Assembly (NCBI GenBank): GCA_963764625.1
Contig: CAVXTH010000008.1
Location: 1-64,000 of the forward strand
Direction of reading: 5' to 3'
Length of the DNA stretch: 64,000 nucleotides
Source: Candidatus Krumholzibacteriota bacterium
GTDB taxonomy: Bacteria; Krumholzibacteriota; Krumholzibacteriia; JAJRXK01
Part shown: positions 30,999 to 40,668 of the stretch, in pieces
How positions within the stretch are numbered: position 1 is the stretch's first letter
Layout: each line of letters opens with the position of its first letter
The notes under the pieces: model-generated
Databases searched by the model: none
The model's input: the letters and a program-made list of their open reading frames with translations, nothing else
Told to the model about the DNA's origin: nothing
Translations under genes and position numbers: made by a program

Positions 30999-31211
30999 GA
31001 ATCTTTCCTTTCCGCCGTTCGTTGCCGAGTGCCATCGACTGTCAGTATAGGAAAGGCACCTGCGACGGGCAGCAGGAAAACTCAGATAAGTCTATTTTTT
31101 ACCGGAACTTGAGTTTCATTGGATGGCCTTACAGCAGTTTGGATGGAAGCGCCGCGCCGGAGCGTATTCCCGCCCTCGCGGTCGCTTCTGCCGGTCGGAG
31201 GGGCGAGCGTG

Positions 31212-33218
31212 TCAACCCCGCTCCATGAGCCGGTTTAGTTCCTCCCAGCGCTTCATCTTGGCGGCGAGGGTGGTCTCGAGCCGACCCGCGTCCTGCGCTG
31301 CCGTGGCCAGTTGGGCCGAGCTGAGCTCGCCCCGACTCATGCGCTGGCCGAGTACCTCTAGGTCCGCTTCCAGCAGGGAGATTTCCTCCTCGAGATCCTG
31401 AATCTCCCGCCGGATCTTGCCGAGCTGGTTTTTGGAGAGCTGACGCTTGGAAATCGAGACGTCGAAGCGGAGAGGGGCGTCCTCCGCCACCGTTTGGGCC
31501 GCTTTCGACGGGGGCTCCGACGGCGCGGCACCACGCACCGGGGGATCCACCGTCATGGAGCGAGCCTCCGCTGCTGCTTCCTTCTCCTGCTTCTGCTTGC
31601 GCCGGTACTCGTCATAGTTGCCCAAGACGAGGCGCACGCCGCTAGCGCTCGCGGTAGCCTCGAGTCCCCCGCCCGCCTTTGTTTCGAACGCGAAGATGCG
31701 ATCACAGATGCGGTTCAGGAAGTAGCGATCGTGAGAAACGCAGATGAGCGTCCCCGGATAGTGTACCAGGGCCTCTTCCAGCGCCTCCCGGCTGTCGGTA
31801 TCCAGATGATTGGTGGGTTCGTCCAGAAGGATGGTGTTGTGTCTCTCGAAGATCAGATGCAGCAAAGACAATCGCGCACGCTCCCCGCCGCTGAGGGAAC
31901 GCACCGGTTGATCGATCATGTCCTCTCCGAACCCGAACGCGGCGAGCAGCGAGCGTAGATCTCCGTCGCTGGCCAAAGGATCGAGGGCCCGTAGCTCGCC
32001 GAGCACGGTGTTGTTGTCGTTGACCAGGGAGAGACTCTGATCGTAGTACCCCAGGTCGGTGTTGTGACCCTGCGTGATGCTTCCTTGGCTTGGAACGATC
32101 TCGCGACTGAGTATTCGCAGCAGCGTCGTCTTCCCGGTTCCGTTGGGACCGATGATTCCCACTTTGTCGCCGCGCAGAATCTGGAATTCGAGATCCTGGA
32201 ACAGAGTCAGCTTCGCGAAGCAGTGGCTCAGCTTCGCCACTTCGAACACGACCTGTCCGCTCGGGCGCTCGGGGTTCAGATCGAAATTGTATTGCCGGCC
32301 CTCGCTGGGCGGCGCCTCGACGCGCTGCAACCGCGCGAGCTGTTTGCGTCGGCTCTTGGCCTGGTTGGTGCGTTGGCCGGCGATATTCTTGCGAATGAAG
32401 GCTTCCGTCTTGGCGATCTGTTGGCGCTGCCGGCGGTAGCGCGTTTCCCATTCCGATTTCTGCTCGCTCCATTGCCGCATGAACTTGGTATAGGAACCCT
32501 GGAAGCGATCAAGCCGCCCGTTGTAGAGGTGCAGAGTGAAACTCGTGGTGTTGTCGAGAAACGCCCGGTCGTGCGAGATCGCGATGAGCGCGCCCTTGCG
32601 CGCGTTGAGAGCTTCTTCCAACCACTCACGCGCATCCAGATCGAGGTGGTTCGTCGGTTCATCGAGAAGGAGCACGTCGTGCGGCGCCAGCATGACAGCC
32701 GCGAGTGCTGCGCGACGCTTCTGGCCTCCGCTCAGAGTGTTCACTGCCTGCTCGAAACGGCTCTGGCTGAAGCCGAGTCCCATGAGGGTCGCCTCGCAAC
32801 GCGCCTGCATCGTGTAGCCGTCGGCCGTCTCGAAGCGTTCGTGGAGACGACCGTACTCTTCCAGCAGGACCTCGTCGTCTTCGCCCTGCCCCATGCGCTG
32901 GGAGAGTTCTTCCAGGCGGCGCTCAACCCCGAGCAAGCCGGCGAAGGCAACGGCCCGCACCGCCTCGAGCAGAGGTTCCTCGCTCTGCAGACTGGTGTCC
33001 TGGGTCAGATAACCCACCGAAACCCTGGAGGCGCGTTGGACTTCGCCACGCAAGGTGCGAAGCTCTCCCGCCAGAAGCCGGATGAGAGTGCTCTTGCCCG
33101 CTCCGTTCACCCCCACCAGGCCGTAGCGCTCTCCCTCGTTCAAAGTGAGGTTCGCGCCGTCGAGGATGACCTGCCGGCCGTAATCGAAACTGACATTTTG
33201 CAGGGTAATGAGGGACAC
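31212..33218 (-). CDS. ABC-F family ATP-binding protein (Uup/YheS-like)
   Basis: Two ABC domains (GVNGAGKST, LSGGQ, LDEPTNHLD twice), no TM segments, C-terminal coiled coil; probable GTG start at 33218. Confidence 0.93.
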   Translation of the reverse strand: MSLITLQNVSFDYGRQVILDGANLTLNEGERYGLVGVNGAGKSTLIRLLAGELRTLRGEVQRASRVSVGYLTQDTSLQSEEPLLEAVRAVAFAGLLGVERRLEELSQRMGQGEDDEVLLEEYGRLHERFETADGYTMQARCEATLMGLGFSQSRFEQAVNTLSGGQKRRAALAAVMLAPHDVLLLDEPTNHLDLDAREWLEEALNARKGALIAISHDRAFLDNTTSFTLHLYNGRLDRFQGSYTKFMRQWSEQKSEWETRYRRQRQQIAKTEAFIRKNIAGQRTNQAKSRRKQLARLQRVEAPPSEGRQYNFDLNPERPSGQVVFEVAKLSHCFAKLTLFQDLEFQILRGDKVGIIGPNGTGKTTLLRILSREIVPSQGSITQGHNTDLGYYDQSLSLVNDNNTVLGELRALDPLASDGDLRSLLAAFGFGEDMIDQPVRSLSGGERARLSLLHLIFERHNTILLDEPTNHLDTDSREALEEALVHYPGTLICVSHDRYFLNRICDRIFAFETKAGGGLEATASASGVRLVLGNYDEYRRKQKQEKEAAAEARSMTVDPPVRGAAPSEPPSKAAQTVAEDAPLRFDVSISKRQLSKNQLGKIRREIQDLEEEISLLEADLEVLGQRMSRGELSSAQLATAAQDAGRLETTLAAKMKRWEELNRLMERG

Positions 33219-33223
33219 GGCTC

Positions 33224-34360
33224 TCAACTCATGCGGCGCTGCAACCACAGTCCGAAGAAAGGATCGACGAAGCGGATGTCGGCGCCGTTACGATTCAGGA
33301 TTTCCCGCTCGGACAGCACCCGCAGGTTTTTTGCCACGGTGCTGGGCGAGCCCAATCCCAAACGTACCACCATTCTCTGAGAGTGCAGCTTCTCGGTGAA
33401 ACCCTGGGCGATGGCCAGGGCCAGCGTCTTCTGGTGAGCGGAGAGCTGGTCCCACTGGAACTTGAACGCGTACGCCTGTCCTTCCAGGACGTGTGAGAGC
33501 GCGGCCTTGAGGTCGTCGCTGGTGGCGGTGCCCTTCTCCTGCGCCTGTTCGTAGAGGGAGTGCGCCAGCATCTGCACGTAGTGCGGAATGGTATCGGCCA
33601 GGCGCAGAAGCTCGTGGAGGAGCGCGTGCTCGATGCCCACCCCCCGTTCCACGAACAACTGTTCGAGCCCTTCGACCATCGCACCCCGCGGCACCGGCTC
33701 CAGCCGCATTGATTCGGCCAGTCGGTAGAATGGGCTGTGCGGCTCCTCGAAGAGCCGTTCGATGGTGGTGTCCTTGCGCAGGACGAAGACGTAGCTCACG
33801 TGAATCTGCTTGCGCGCCGCATTCGCCACCTCGCGCAAGAGTCCGGGCTGCGCCACCGCGATGAGGTCTTCGAAATCGTCGAAGATGACGGTGAGGGGGC
33901 GGCCACTGCGGCTCTGCATTTCGGCCGGAACCTCGAAAATCCGATCCATCAGGGCCTGAATGTCGCGCTCCCGGTCCCACAGATCCAGTTGCAGGGCGGG
34001 CCGGCCCTCGCCGCTCAGGGTGACCCGGGGCGAGAAATTGGGAATCAACTGCCGGAGAGCCTCCTGCGTGTCCTGCATGGTGCGCGATGGGCTCAGGGTG
34101 AGGGCCGAGGCGTAGAGCTCGGCGAAGCGACGCGGGTTCAAGGCGGGGAGCAGATCGACGTAGGCCAGGTCCATCTTCCCCTTGGCGCCCGCCCTCGCGA
34201 CCGCGGCCAAAAGGCTACTCTTCCCGATGCCCCGCGGACCCACCAGGGCCAGATTGCGGGCCTCGAGCAGAAGGGTCAGAATCCGCTCCCGTTCGGCCTC
34301 GCGGTCGATGAGGAGCGCCTGGTCGACGGGACTCCCGAAGCGGAAGGGATTGGCGGGCAT
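33224..34360 (-). CDS. AAA+/STAND-like ATPase (archaeal ATPase family) with C-terminal winged helix
   Basis: MPANPFRFGSPV…DRE, Walker A GPRGIGKSS, Walker B VIFDDFE, 'IPHYVQ', C-terminal FVDPFFGLWL. Confidence 0.85.
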   Translation of the reverse strand: MPANPFRFGSPVDQALLIDREAERERILTLLLEARNLALVGPRGIGKSSLLAAVARAGAKGKMDLAYVDLLPALNPRRFAELYASALTLSPSRTMQDTQEALRQLIPNFSPRVTLSGEGRPALQLDLWDRERDIQALMDRIFEVPAEMQSRSGRPLTVIFDDFEDLIAVAQPGLLREVANAARKQIHVSYVFVLRKDTTIERLFEEPHSPFYRLAESMRLEPVPRGAMVEGLEQLFVERGVGIEHALLHELLRLADTIPHYVQMLAHSLYEQAQEKGTATSDDLKAALSHVLEGQAYAFKFQWDQLSAHQKTLALAIAQGFTEKLHSQRMVVRLGLGSPSTVAKNLRVLSEREILNRNGADIRFVDPFFGLWLQRRMS

Positions 34361-34471
34361 GAAGGCGATCCTCGCTCGAGCGAAGGGGAAGCAAGGCGCG
34401 CGGTCTACAACGAGACGGCGATCTCTCACCCAGCGGCACTTTACTACTTGGTGCAATACCAGAAAAGATAC

Positions 34472-34500
34472 TTGCACACCACTTGCCAGTAAAGTATACA
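34472..34500 (+). promoter_or_regulatory. Sigma70-like promoter for the downstream intergenic RNA
   Basis: TTGCAC(34472-77)-N17-TATACA(34495-500) in an AT-rich patch; ACTTGC repeated at an 11-bp period (34470, 34481). Confidence 0.55.
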
Positions 34501-34505
34501 TGGCC

Positions 34506-34790
34506 ATGATCCTGGGCGGTAGAATGGACGAGTTTCTCGTTCTGTCGTCGTTTGGTCGGACGGTGCGGATCGGGGGGCGTGGGGCACCCGGATTGCGTTG
34601 TCCTTCACCACGGTCTCTGGGCAATTGCCCGTAGGATATCGGCTTTGCCGGTGACCCCCGTGGCTTGAACGAAGAGCAGAGGCTGATGGCGGCCTACCGC
34701 CCGGATCACTGGATTACCGGAAAACGGTGAACGTGGTTAGCCGAACGGTGATCGAGAGAGAAGGGGGCCTTCGTGGCCCCCTTCTTCGTT
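34506..34790 (+). ncRNA. Candidate structured ncRNA (~200-nt rod; 6S-like or novel)
   Basis: Closing stem TGATCC(T)GGGCGGTAG 34507-22 / CTACCGCCCGGATCA 34694-708, with nested G-U-rich helices; starts at the predicted +1; terminator-like hairpin downstream. Confidence 0.6.
34759..34785. terminator. Intrinsic terminator-like hairpin, possibly bidirectional
   Basis: AGAAGGGGGCC-TTCGT-GGCCCCCTTCT, perfect 11-bp stem with pyrimidine tails on both strands, between convergent units. Confidence 0.8.
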
Positions 34791-34825
34791 CCGCGCGAGT
34801 TTTCTAAGCCTGGCCGGCGCCTCCG

Positions 34826-35542
34826 CTAGCGCCCGTCCCGCAGCCTCCGCCAGGAGTACTCCGGTAGTCCCGCTTCCTGGTACGCGGCAACGGTTTTCTC
34901 GATGTCGTACTCCAGACGAATCTGGTCGAGGCGGGCCGCGGCGGTGTCGACCACGCAGTAGGCGCTGCGATTGTCGCGATCGCGCGGTTGGCCCACGCTC
35001 CCCGGGTTGATGAGGTAGCGCCGGTCGTATTCGAGCTCCATCCCCTCCAGCGGTCCTGCCGCGAGGCGGCTCCCATCGTGCACGAACTGCAGATGGGAAT
35101 GGCCACAGAAGGTGAGCCAATAGCGGGCGTGGCCCAGCATCCCCTCGATTTGGGGCAGGAAAATGAGATACTCGTCGCGGTCGTCGGGAGAACCGTGCGA
35201 GAGCTGGATCTCCTCTCCGATCACCAGGGTGGGCTCCAGGGTCTTCAGGAACTCGTATTGTTCTTCTTCGATCGCGCTGCGACTGTACTCGATGGCCAGC
35301 CGGGCGAATTCGTTGAATCTCCCGGCAGTGGGTTCGTTCAGAAGTGCCGCCTCGTGGTTTCCCTGGAGAATGCGGCAGTCGAGCGCGCGCAAGAGCTCCA
35401 GGCATTCTCCGGGATGAGGACCGTAGCCCACCACGTCGCCCAGGCAGGCGTATCCGTCCACCTCGCGCGCGGCCGCGTCTTGAAGCACCGTCTCGAGCGC
35501 GGCGAGATTGCCATGGATGTCGGCCAGAATGCACAGGCGCAT
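34826..35542 (-). CDS. Metallophosphoesterase (calcineurin-like, YfcE/PPP-related)
   Basis: ADIHGN, LGDVVGYG, GNHE, HGSP, GHSH, NPGSVGQPRD; start ATG at 35542. Confidence 0.92.
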   Translation of the reverse strand: MRLCILADIHGNLAALETVLQDAAAREVDGYACLGDVVGYGPHPGECLELLRALDCRILQGNHEAALLNEPTAGRFNEFARLAIEYSRSAIEEEQYEFLKTLEPTLVIGEEIQLSHGSPDDRDEYLIFLPQIEGMLGHARYWLTFCGHSHLQFVHDGSRLAAGPLEGMELEYDRRYLINPGSVGQPRDRDNRSAYCVVDTAAARLDQIRLEYDIEKTVAAYQEAGLPEYSWRRLRDGR

Positions 35543-35644
35543 GGGAGAGCGACCTTTCGAAGATGAGGTGTCCCAAAACGTACCACACCCGGAGCCCCGC
35601 CGCCGTAGGGAAAGCGGCACGGCGCTTGCCTTTGCGAGGCTGAA

Positions 35645-36384
35645 ATGACCCCTCTCCTCATAGCCCACCGAGGCGACAGCGCCCACGCACCGGAAAATAC
35701 TCTGCCCGCGTTCGAGCAGGCGGTGGACCGGGGCGCCGACTGGATCGAGATGGACCTGACGCTCGCACGCGACGACGAAGTGGTCGTGAGTCACGATTTC
35801 AGCCTCTGGCGGCGCGCCCGCTCACGCCGGCGGCTGCGCGATTTGAGCGCCGGCAACTGGCCCGCGTCGACGTCTCCCGCGGCTTTCCCGCTTTCTCGCC
35901 CACCGGCGTACCCCGCTTCGAAGAGGTGTTGGCCAGGGTCGGCACCCAGGTTCCTCTCTACCTGGAGCTCAAGTCACAAGGGGAAGGAAGGCGCCGCGCC
36001 GCGAATCGGCGCCTGCTCGAGCGCTGCCTCCGGCTGGTCCCGCGCTCCTCGCCGCATGCCCTGGCCTCGTTCGACACCGGTCTGGTGCGAGGCGCCTTGG
36101 AGGCGAAGCGCCGGGCCATCTTGATTCTATCCGACCCGGCGTCTCTGGCGCGGCTGAATCCCGCGCAGCGTCGCGCGCTCTACGCGGTGAGCGTACGCTA
36201 CGACCTCATCTCTACCGTCTTCTTTGAGCGATTGCTCGAGGAAGGACATAGAGTCTGGGTCTGGACGGTGGACGATCCGCGCCAGGTGGAGCACGCGCTC
36301 AAGCGCGGCGCCAAGGGAATCTGCGGAAACGACGTCGCCAAAATCAAAGTCGCGTTGCGACGCCACGAGGGGAGCTCGAAGTGA
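35645..36384 (+). CDS. Glycerophosphodiester phosphodiesterase; apparent frameshift ~35852
   Basis: IAHRGDSAHAPENTLPAF, IEMD, VSHD in the first frame; YLELK, SFD, WVWTVDD in the second frame. Confidence 0.85.
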
Positions 36385-37946
36385 ACGCGCGCGACATCAC
36401 CGAGCTCGCCGCGCGTCGATTCGACCTGATCGTGGTGGGAGGCGGCATCGCGGGTTGTGGCATCGCCCGTGACGCCGCGCTGCGTGGCCTTTCGGTTCTG
36501 CTCGTCGAAAAGGACGATTTCGCTTCGGCCACCAGTAGCGCCAGCTCCAAACTGGTCCACGGCGGTCTGCGATACCTGGAGTACTTCCGCTTCGGTCTGG
36601 TTCGCGAGAGCCTTCGCGAGCGCGAGACCCTGCTGCGCATCGCACCGCACCTCGTCCGTTCCCTTCCGTTCCTACTTCCGGTCTATCGCAATACAGGGCG
36701 CCCGCTCTGGAAACTCCGCGCGGGACTCGCGCTCTACGATCTTCTCTCGGCGCGCATGAGCTTGGGCCGGCACCGAATGCTTTCGGCGGAAGAAATCGCC
36801 GCCGAAGAGCCTCGCTTGCATACGGCGGGGCTGAGCGGTGGCTTCCACTTTCACGACGCCCAGATGAACGACGCGCGCATGGTCCTGGAAAACGCGCTCG
36901 ACGCGCAGGCCCATGGGGCGCTGTTGCTGAGTCGCGTCGAATGCAAAGATCTGCTGGTGCGAGACGGGCACGTCGTCGGAGTTCATCTCCGCGATACTCT
37001 CGACGGTCAACGGGTCCAGGTACAAGCGAAGATCGTGGTGAACGCGGCCGGTCCCTGGTACGCGCGCGTCTTGGGCATGCAGAGCCTTACGCAGAGGGTA
37101 CGGCCTCGGCTGAGCCGCGGTACTCACATCGTCATTCCGTCCATCACCCAGGGACATGGAGTTCTGCTCCAGTCCCGCCAGGATCGTCGCGTGCTGTTCG
37201 CCCTGCCCTGGAAAGGTCAGAGTCTGGTCGGAACCACCGAGGCGGAACACCAGGGAGAGCCGGAGGACCTGAGAGTCCCCCGGGAGGACATCGAGTACCT
37301 GCTGCGCGAGATCAACAGCTACTTTCCGAGCCGGAAGGCGGGTGAGTGGAAAGTTCTCTCTTCCTTCGTGGGTCTGCGCACGCTTCTCCCCGACGACTCC
37401 AAGCTGGGTGAAGTGAGCCGTGAGGCACAGGTACGAGAGGAAGCGCCCGGCCTGGTGTGCGTACTGGGCGGCAAGTTCACCACTTACCGCGCGGTCGCCG
37501 AGCGCACGGTCGATCTGGTCTCGCTTCTGATCGGGGTGAAGTCCAAGCTGGCGTGTCGAACCGCGGAACTCCCACTACCCGGCGGCGACATTCCGGAGAT
37601 GAACGATTACTTCCGCGTGGCGGAAAAGCTCCTGGTCCGCGAGACGAATCTGCCTCTGCCGACTCTGCGCTATCTGCTGGGAACTTACGGCGGCCGTCAC
37701 ACCGCCATTTTGAAATCGCTGCGCGAGCACCCGGAGTGGGCTGAGCCCTTGGAGAAAGATCTCCCGTTCACCATCGCCGAGGTCGTGCATGCGGTTCGCC
37801 ACGAACACGCGCTCACTCTCTCCGACCTGATCTGGCGGCGCACATGGAGAGCCTATCTCGGACCCCTGGACGACGTGGCGGCCGGCCGCTGGGAGGCGGC
37901 ACTCCGGGAGGGACTGCAGGGAAAGCCGCGGCGCATCCTGGTGTGA
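36381..37946 (+). CDS. glpD: FAD-dependent glycerol-3-phosphate dehydrogenase
   Basis: DLIVVGGGIAG, DFASATSSASSKLVHGGLRYLE, GGKFTTYR; GTGA-coupled to the GDPD gene. Confidence 0.92.
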   Translation: MNARDITELAARRFDLIVVGGGIAGCGIARDAALRGLSVLLVEKDDFASATSSASSKLVHGGLRYLEYFRFGLVRESLRERETLLRIAPHLVRSLPFLLPVYRNTGRPLWKLRAGLALYDLLSARMSLGRHRMLSAEEIAAEEPRLHTAGLSGGFHFHDAQMNDARMVLENALDAQAHGALLLSRVECKDLLVRDGHVVGVHLRDTLDGQRVQVQAKIVVNAAGPWYARVLGMQSLTQRVRPRLSRGTHIVIPSITQGHGVLLQSRQDRRVLFALPWKGQSLVGTTEAEHQGEPEDLRVPREDIEYLLREINSYFPSRKAGEWKVLSSFVGLRTLLPDDSKLGEVSREAQVREEAPGLVCVLGGKFTTYRAVAERTVDLVSLLIGVKSKLACRTAELPLPGGDIPEMNDYFRVAEKLLVRETNLPLPTLRYLLGTYGGRHTAILKSLREHPEWAEPLEKDLPFTIAEVVHAVRHEHALTLSDLIWRRTWRAYLGPLDDVAAGRWEAALREGLQGKPRRILV

Positions 37947-37950
37947 ACTC

Positions 37951-38730
37951 TCAGATGCTGCGCATCCGTCCCCCGTCGATCGCGATGCTCTGCCCGCGCA
38001 GGTAGGCCGCCTCGGGCGAGGCGAGGTAGGCGATGAGTTCGCCCAGTTCGCCCGGTTGCGCCAACCGGCCCTCGGGAATCTGAGCCAACCATTCTCTCTC
38101 GATCAGCTCTTGATCGACTCCCCGCGAGCGCGCCAGAGCGCTCTTGAGCTCGGCCAGCCGTTCGGTGTCGGTGAAGCCGGGGAGCACGTTGTTGATCGTC
38201 ACGCCGGGCGGCAGCTCCTGCGAGACCGACTTGGCCCATCCGGCCATCGCGGCGCGCGTCGTGTTACTCACCCCCAAACCGGGGATGGGTTCGTAAACGG
38301 AAGTGGACACCACGTTGATCACGCGTCCGAAACCCTCCGCCCGCATCCCCGGCAAGCAGATCTGCACCAGGAGGTGTGAGGCGAGAACGTGACGCGAGAA
38401 CGCACGCAGGAAATCTTCTCCGCCCGCGTCCAGAATGGGGCCCAAAGGGGGACCACCCGTGTTATTCACGAGCACATGAATCACACCGTGCTCGCTCAGG
38501 TGCTTCCGGACGCTCTCCTCCAGCTTGGGGCGATCGTCCAGGTCAGCCGCCAACACCTCGACCGTCGGCGCGCCCTCCTGCCTCAGTTGCCCGGCGAGCT
38601 CCTCGAGAACTGGTCCTCGACGTGACAAAAGCGTCAGGGCATGTCCTCGTCGCGCCAACGCGACAGCGGCCGCCCGGCCGATTCCCATGCTGGCTCCGCA
38701 GACCAGCGCGTGGTGAGTTCGTGGAGACAT
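37951..38730 (-). CDS. Short-chain dehydrogenase/reductase
   Basis: ALVCGASMGIG, VLVNNTGGP, SNTTR (atypical catalytic motif), PGFTDTER, IDGG; start ATG at 38730. Confidence 0.88.
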   Translation of the reverse strand: MSPRTHHALVCGASMGIGRAAAVALARRGHALTLLSRRGPVLEELAGQLRQEGAPTVEVLAADLDDRPKLEESVRKHLSEHGVIHVLVNNTGGPPLGPILDAGGEDFLRAFSRHVLASHLLVQICLPGMRAEGFGRVINVVSTSVYEPIPGLGVSNTTRAAMAGWAKSVSQELPPGVTINNVLPGFTDTERLAELKSALARSRGVDQELIEREWLAQIPEGRLAQPGELGELIAYLASPEAAYLRGQSIAIDGGRMRSI

Positions 38731-38952
38731 GATTTGCTCGCTTTCCCTCTGGTGCCCCCACCGGTGCTGCCTTTTCGCAGCGGGGCTCGAACTCGGCGTG
38801 GGCTCGCCTTGAAACTCCCGGGCTGAGCTTAGATCTTGGCCGGATTCGACTCCAGCCTTTCCGGAAGCCGCTCGCGTCCGCCCTCGATTCCTGGTATTCT
38901 CTTTTGGCGCTGATTGGGCTCTACTTCGCATCACTCCGCTCGCAGGTCGGCC

Positions 38953-40668
38953 GTGGCACCCTCTTCTGAGAATGACGAACTCCTGAAGCAATATCGCTGT
39001 CTCGAGGAACGGCTCGCCGAACTGGAAGAATTCAAGCTGAAACACGAAGCTACCGAGCGGGCCCTTCGTGAGAGCGAGGAGAAATTCCGTCTCATCTCCG
39101 AACAGTCCATGATCGCGATCTCCGTCATCCAGGACGGCGCGTTCAAGTACTGCAACGAGACCTTCCTGCGCCTGGTCGAGTATCAACTCGACGAAATCCG
39201 TGAAATGAAATCGCTGGAGAGCATTTCCCGGCTCATTCATCCGGACGATCGAGAATTCGTCGTCGGGCAGATCACGCGCAAGATGCGTGGCGACAAAGAC
39301 GTGGTCACGAACTATCCCATGCGCTTGCTCACCTCCTCCGGCTCGGTCCGCTGGGCGGAGATCTACTCGAAGACCGTGATCTTCCAAGGGCGGCCCGCCG
39401 ATCTCGTCACGATGACCGACATCACCATGCGCAAGCGCGCGGAAGAAGAGCGTGCCAGCTTACAGGCTCAGGTTTTCCAGGCCCAGAAACTGGAGAGTCT
39501 GGGTGTCTTTACCGGCGGCATCGCTCATGACTTCAACAATCTGTTGTGCAGCATTCTGGGCAGCGCCGAACTGGCCCTACGCGAACTTCCCCAAGGCGAT
39601 AGGGCTAGAGCCCACATGGAGGAGATCCACCACGCGGCCGAGCACGGAACCGAACTCTGCCGTCAGATGCTGGCCTACGCCGGTAAGGCCGCGCCCGGGA
39701 GGGTCGCCATCGATCTCGTCGAACTCATTCGCGAGATGGACCGACTGTTTCGAATCTCCATTTCCCGCGACATCGAATTGCAGGTGGAAGCACCCTCGTC
39801 TCTGTCCACGATCAACGGTGACCCGAGCCAGATTCGACAGATCCTCCTCAATCTGGTCATCAATGCCTCGGAAGCTTTCGAGGGAAAAATGGGCAGCATC
39901 ATGATTCGGTTGGGAGAGGAACACTGCGAGCCAAAGGTGTTGACCTCCCCCTGGCTGAATCAGGATCTCCCGGCGGGGGAGTACGTCTACCTAGAGGTAG
40001 AGGATGACGGGAGGGGGATGGACGAGGCCACTCTCTTGCGGGTTTTCGACCCCTTCTTCTCCACCAAGTTCACGGGCCGCGGTCTCGGTCTGGCATCGAC
40101 GCTGGGGATCATCAAGGAACACAAGGGGAGCATCCAGGTCGAGAGCGCCTTGGGTAAGGGGACCCGGTTCCGCATTCGCTTTCCCGCCGCCGAGGGCGTG
40201 GCGGCGCAACGCAAGCGGATCGAGGCCGACCGGGAATGGGCGGGCAGTGGACTGGCCCTGCTCATCGAAGACGAGGAATCGGTTCGGGTGGTCACGCGAC
40301 GCCTGCTGGAAAACCTGGGCCTCCAAGTAGAAATGGCGAACAACGGGGTGGAGGGACTGGCAAAGTTCGGGGAGAGACCGCAGGATTTTCAGCTCGTGAT
40401 CGCGGACATGATCATGCCCCAGCTCGGCGGCGAAAAGGTTCTCGAGGAGATTCGCAAACGCCGGAGTGACCTGCCCGTCCTGTTGACCAGCGGATTCAAC
40501 CAAACCGACGCCGCTCACACTCCGGCGCGTGATCCCAAGACGGAATTCCTGCCCAAACCCTTTGGTCTGAGCGAGCTGCGCAAAATCCTCGCCCGCCTCT
40601 TGCAACCGGGACCCGATCAGTCGACGAAGAAGTCGGGAAAGAGCTCGGCTCCGGGTTCCATCGCGTAG
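38953..40668 (+). CDS. Soluble hybrid PAS sensor histidine kinase/receiver (CckA-like)
   Basis: PAS (LIHPDDRE, DITMRKRAEE), AQKLESLG…GGIAHDFNNLL, NLVINA, FDPFFSTK, C-terminal REC; start uncertain (38914 or 38953). Confidence 0.9.
   Translation: MAPSSENDELLKQYRCLEERLAELEEFKLKHEATERALRESEEKFRLISEQSMIAISVIQDGAFKYCNETFLRLVEYQLDEIREMKSLESISRLIHPDDREFVVGQITRKMRGDKDVVTNYPMRLLTSSGSVRWAEIYSKTVIFQGRPADLVTMTDITMRKRAEEERASLQAQVFQAQKLESLGVFTGGIAHDFNNLLCSILGSAELALRELPQGDRARAHMEEIHHAAEHGTELCRQMLAYAGKAAPGRVAIDLVELIREMDRLFRISISRDIELQVEAPSSLSTINGDPSQIRQILLNLVINASEAFEGKMGSIMIRLGEEHCEPKVLTSPWLNQDLPAGEYVYLEVEDDGRGMDEATLLRVFDPFFSTKFTGRGLGLASTLGIIKEHKGSIQVESALGKGTRFRIRFPAAEGVAAQRKRIEADREWAGSGLALLIEDEESVRVVTRRLLENLGLQVEMANNGVEGLAKFGERPQDFQLVIADMIMPQLGGEKVLEEIRKRRSDLPVLLTSGFNQTDAAHTPARDPKTEFLPKPFGLSELRKILARLLQPGPDQSTKKSGKSSAPGSIA

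Noticed and set aside
31078-31116. AAACTCA-N25-TGAGTTT inverted repeat upstream of glgC
   Set aside because: Short arms and a long spacer; cannot be distinguished from chance without comparative data
34681-34698. Fluoride riboswitch-like 'GCTGATG…CTAC'
   Set aside because: The upstream GATG/pseudoknot partner is absent and there is no downstream gene on that strand
34507-34708. Retron msr-msd (terminal inverted repeats)
   Set aside because: No reverse transcriptase anywhere in the window
34524-34730. Small ORF with an in-frame TAG (…LGNCP*DIGFAGDP…GKR*), possible read-through or pyrrolysine
   Set aside because: No RBS, no recognisable domain and no pyl genes in the window; the region is better explained by RNA structure
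40617-40668. 52-nt convergent overlap of the hybrid kinase and SDR
   Set aside because: Low-complexity kinase tail; short convergent 3' overlaps are common in GC-rich genomes
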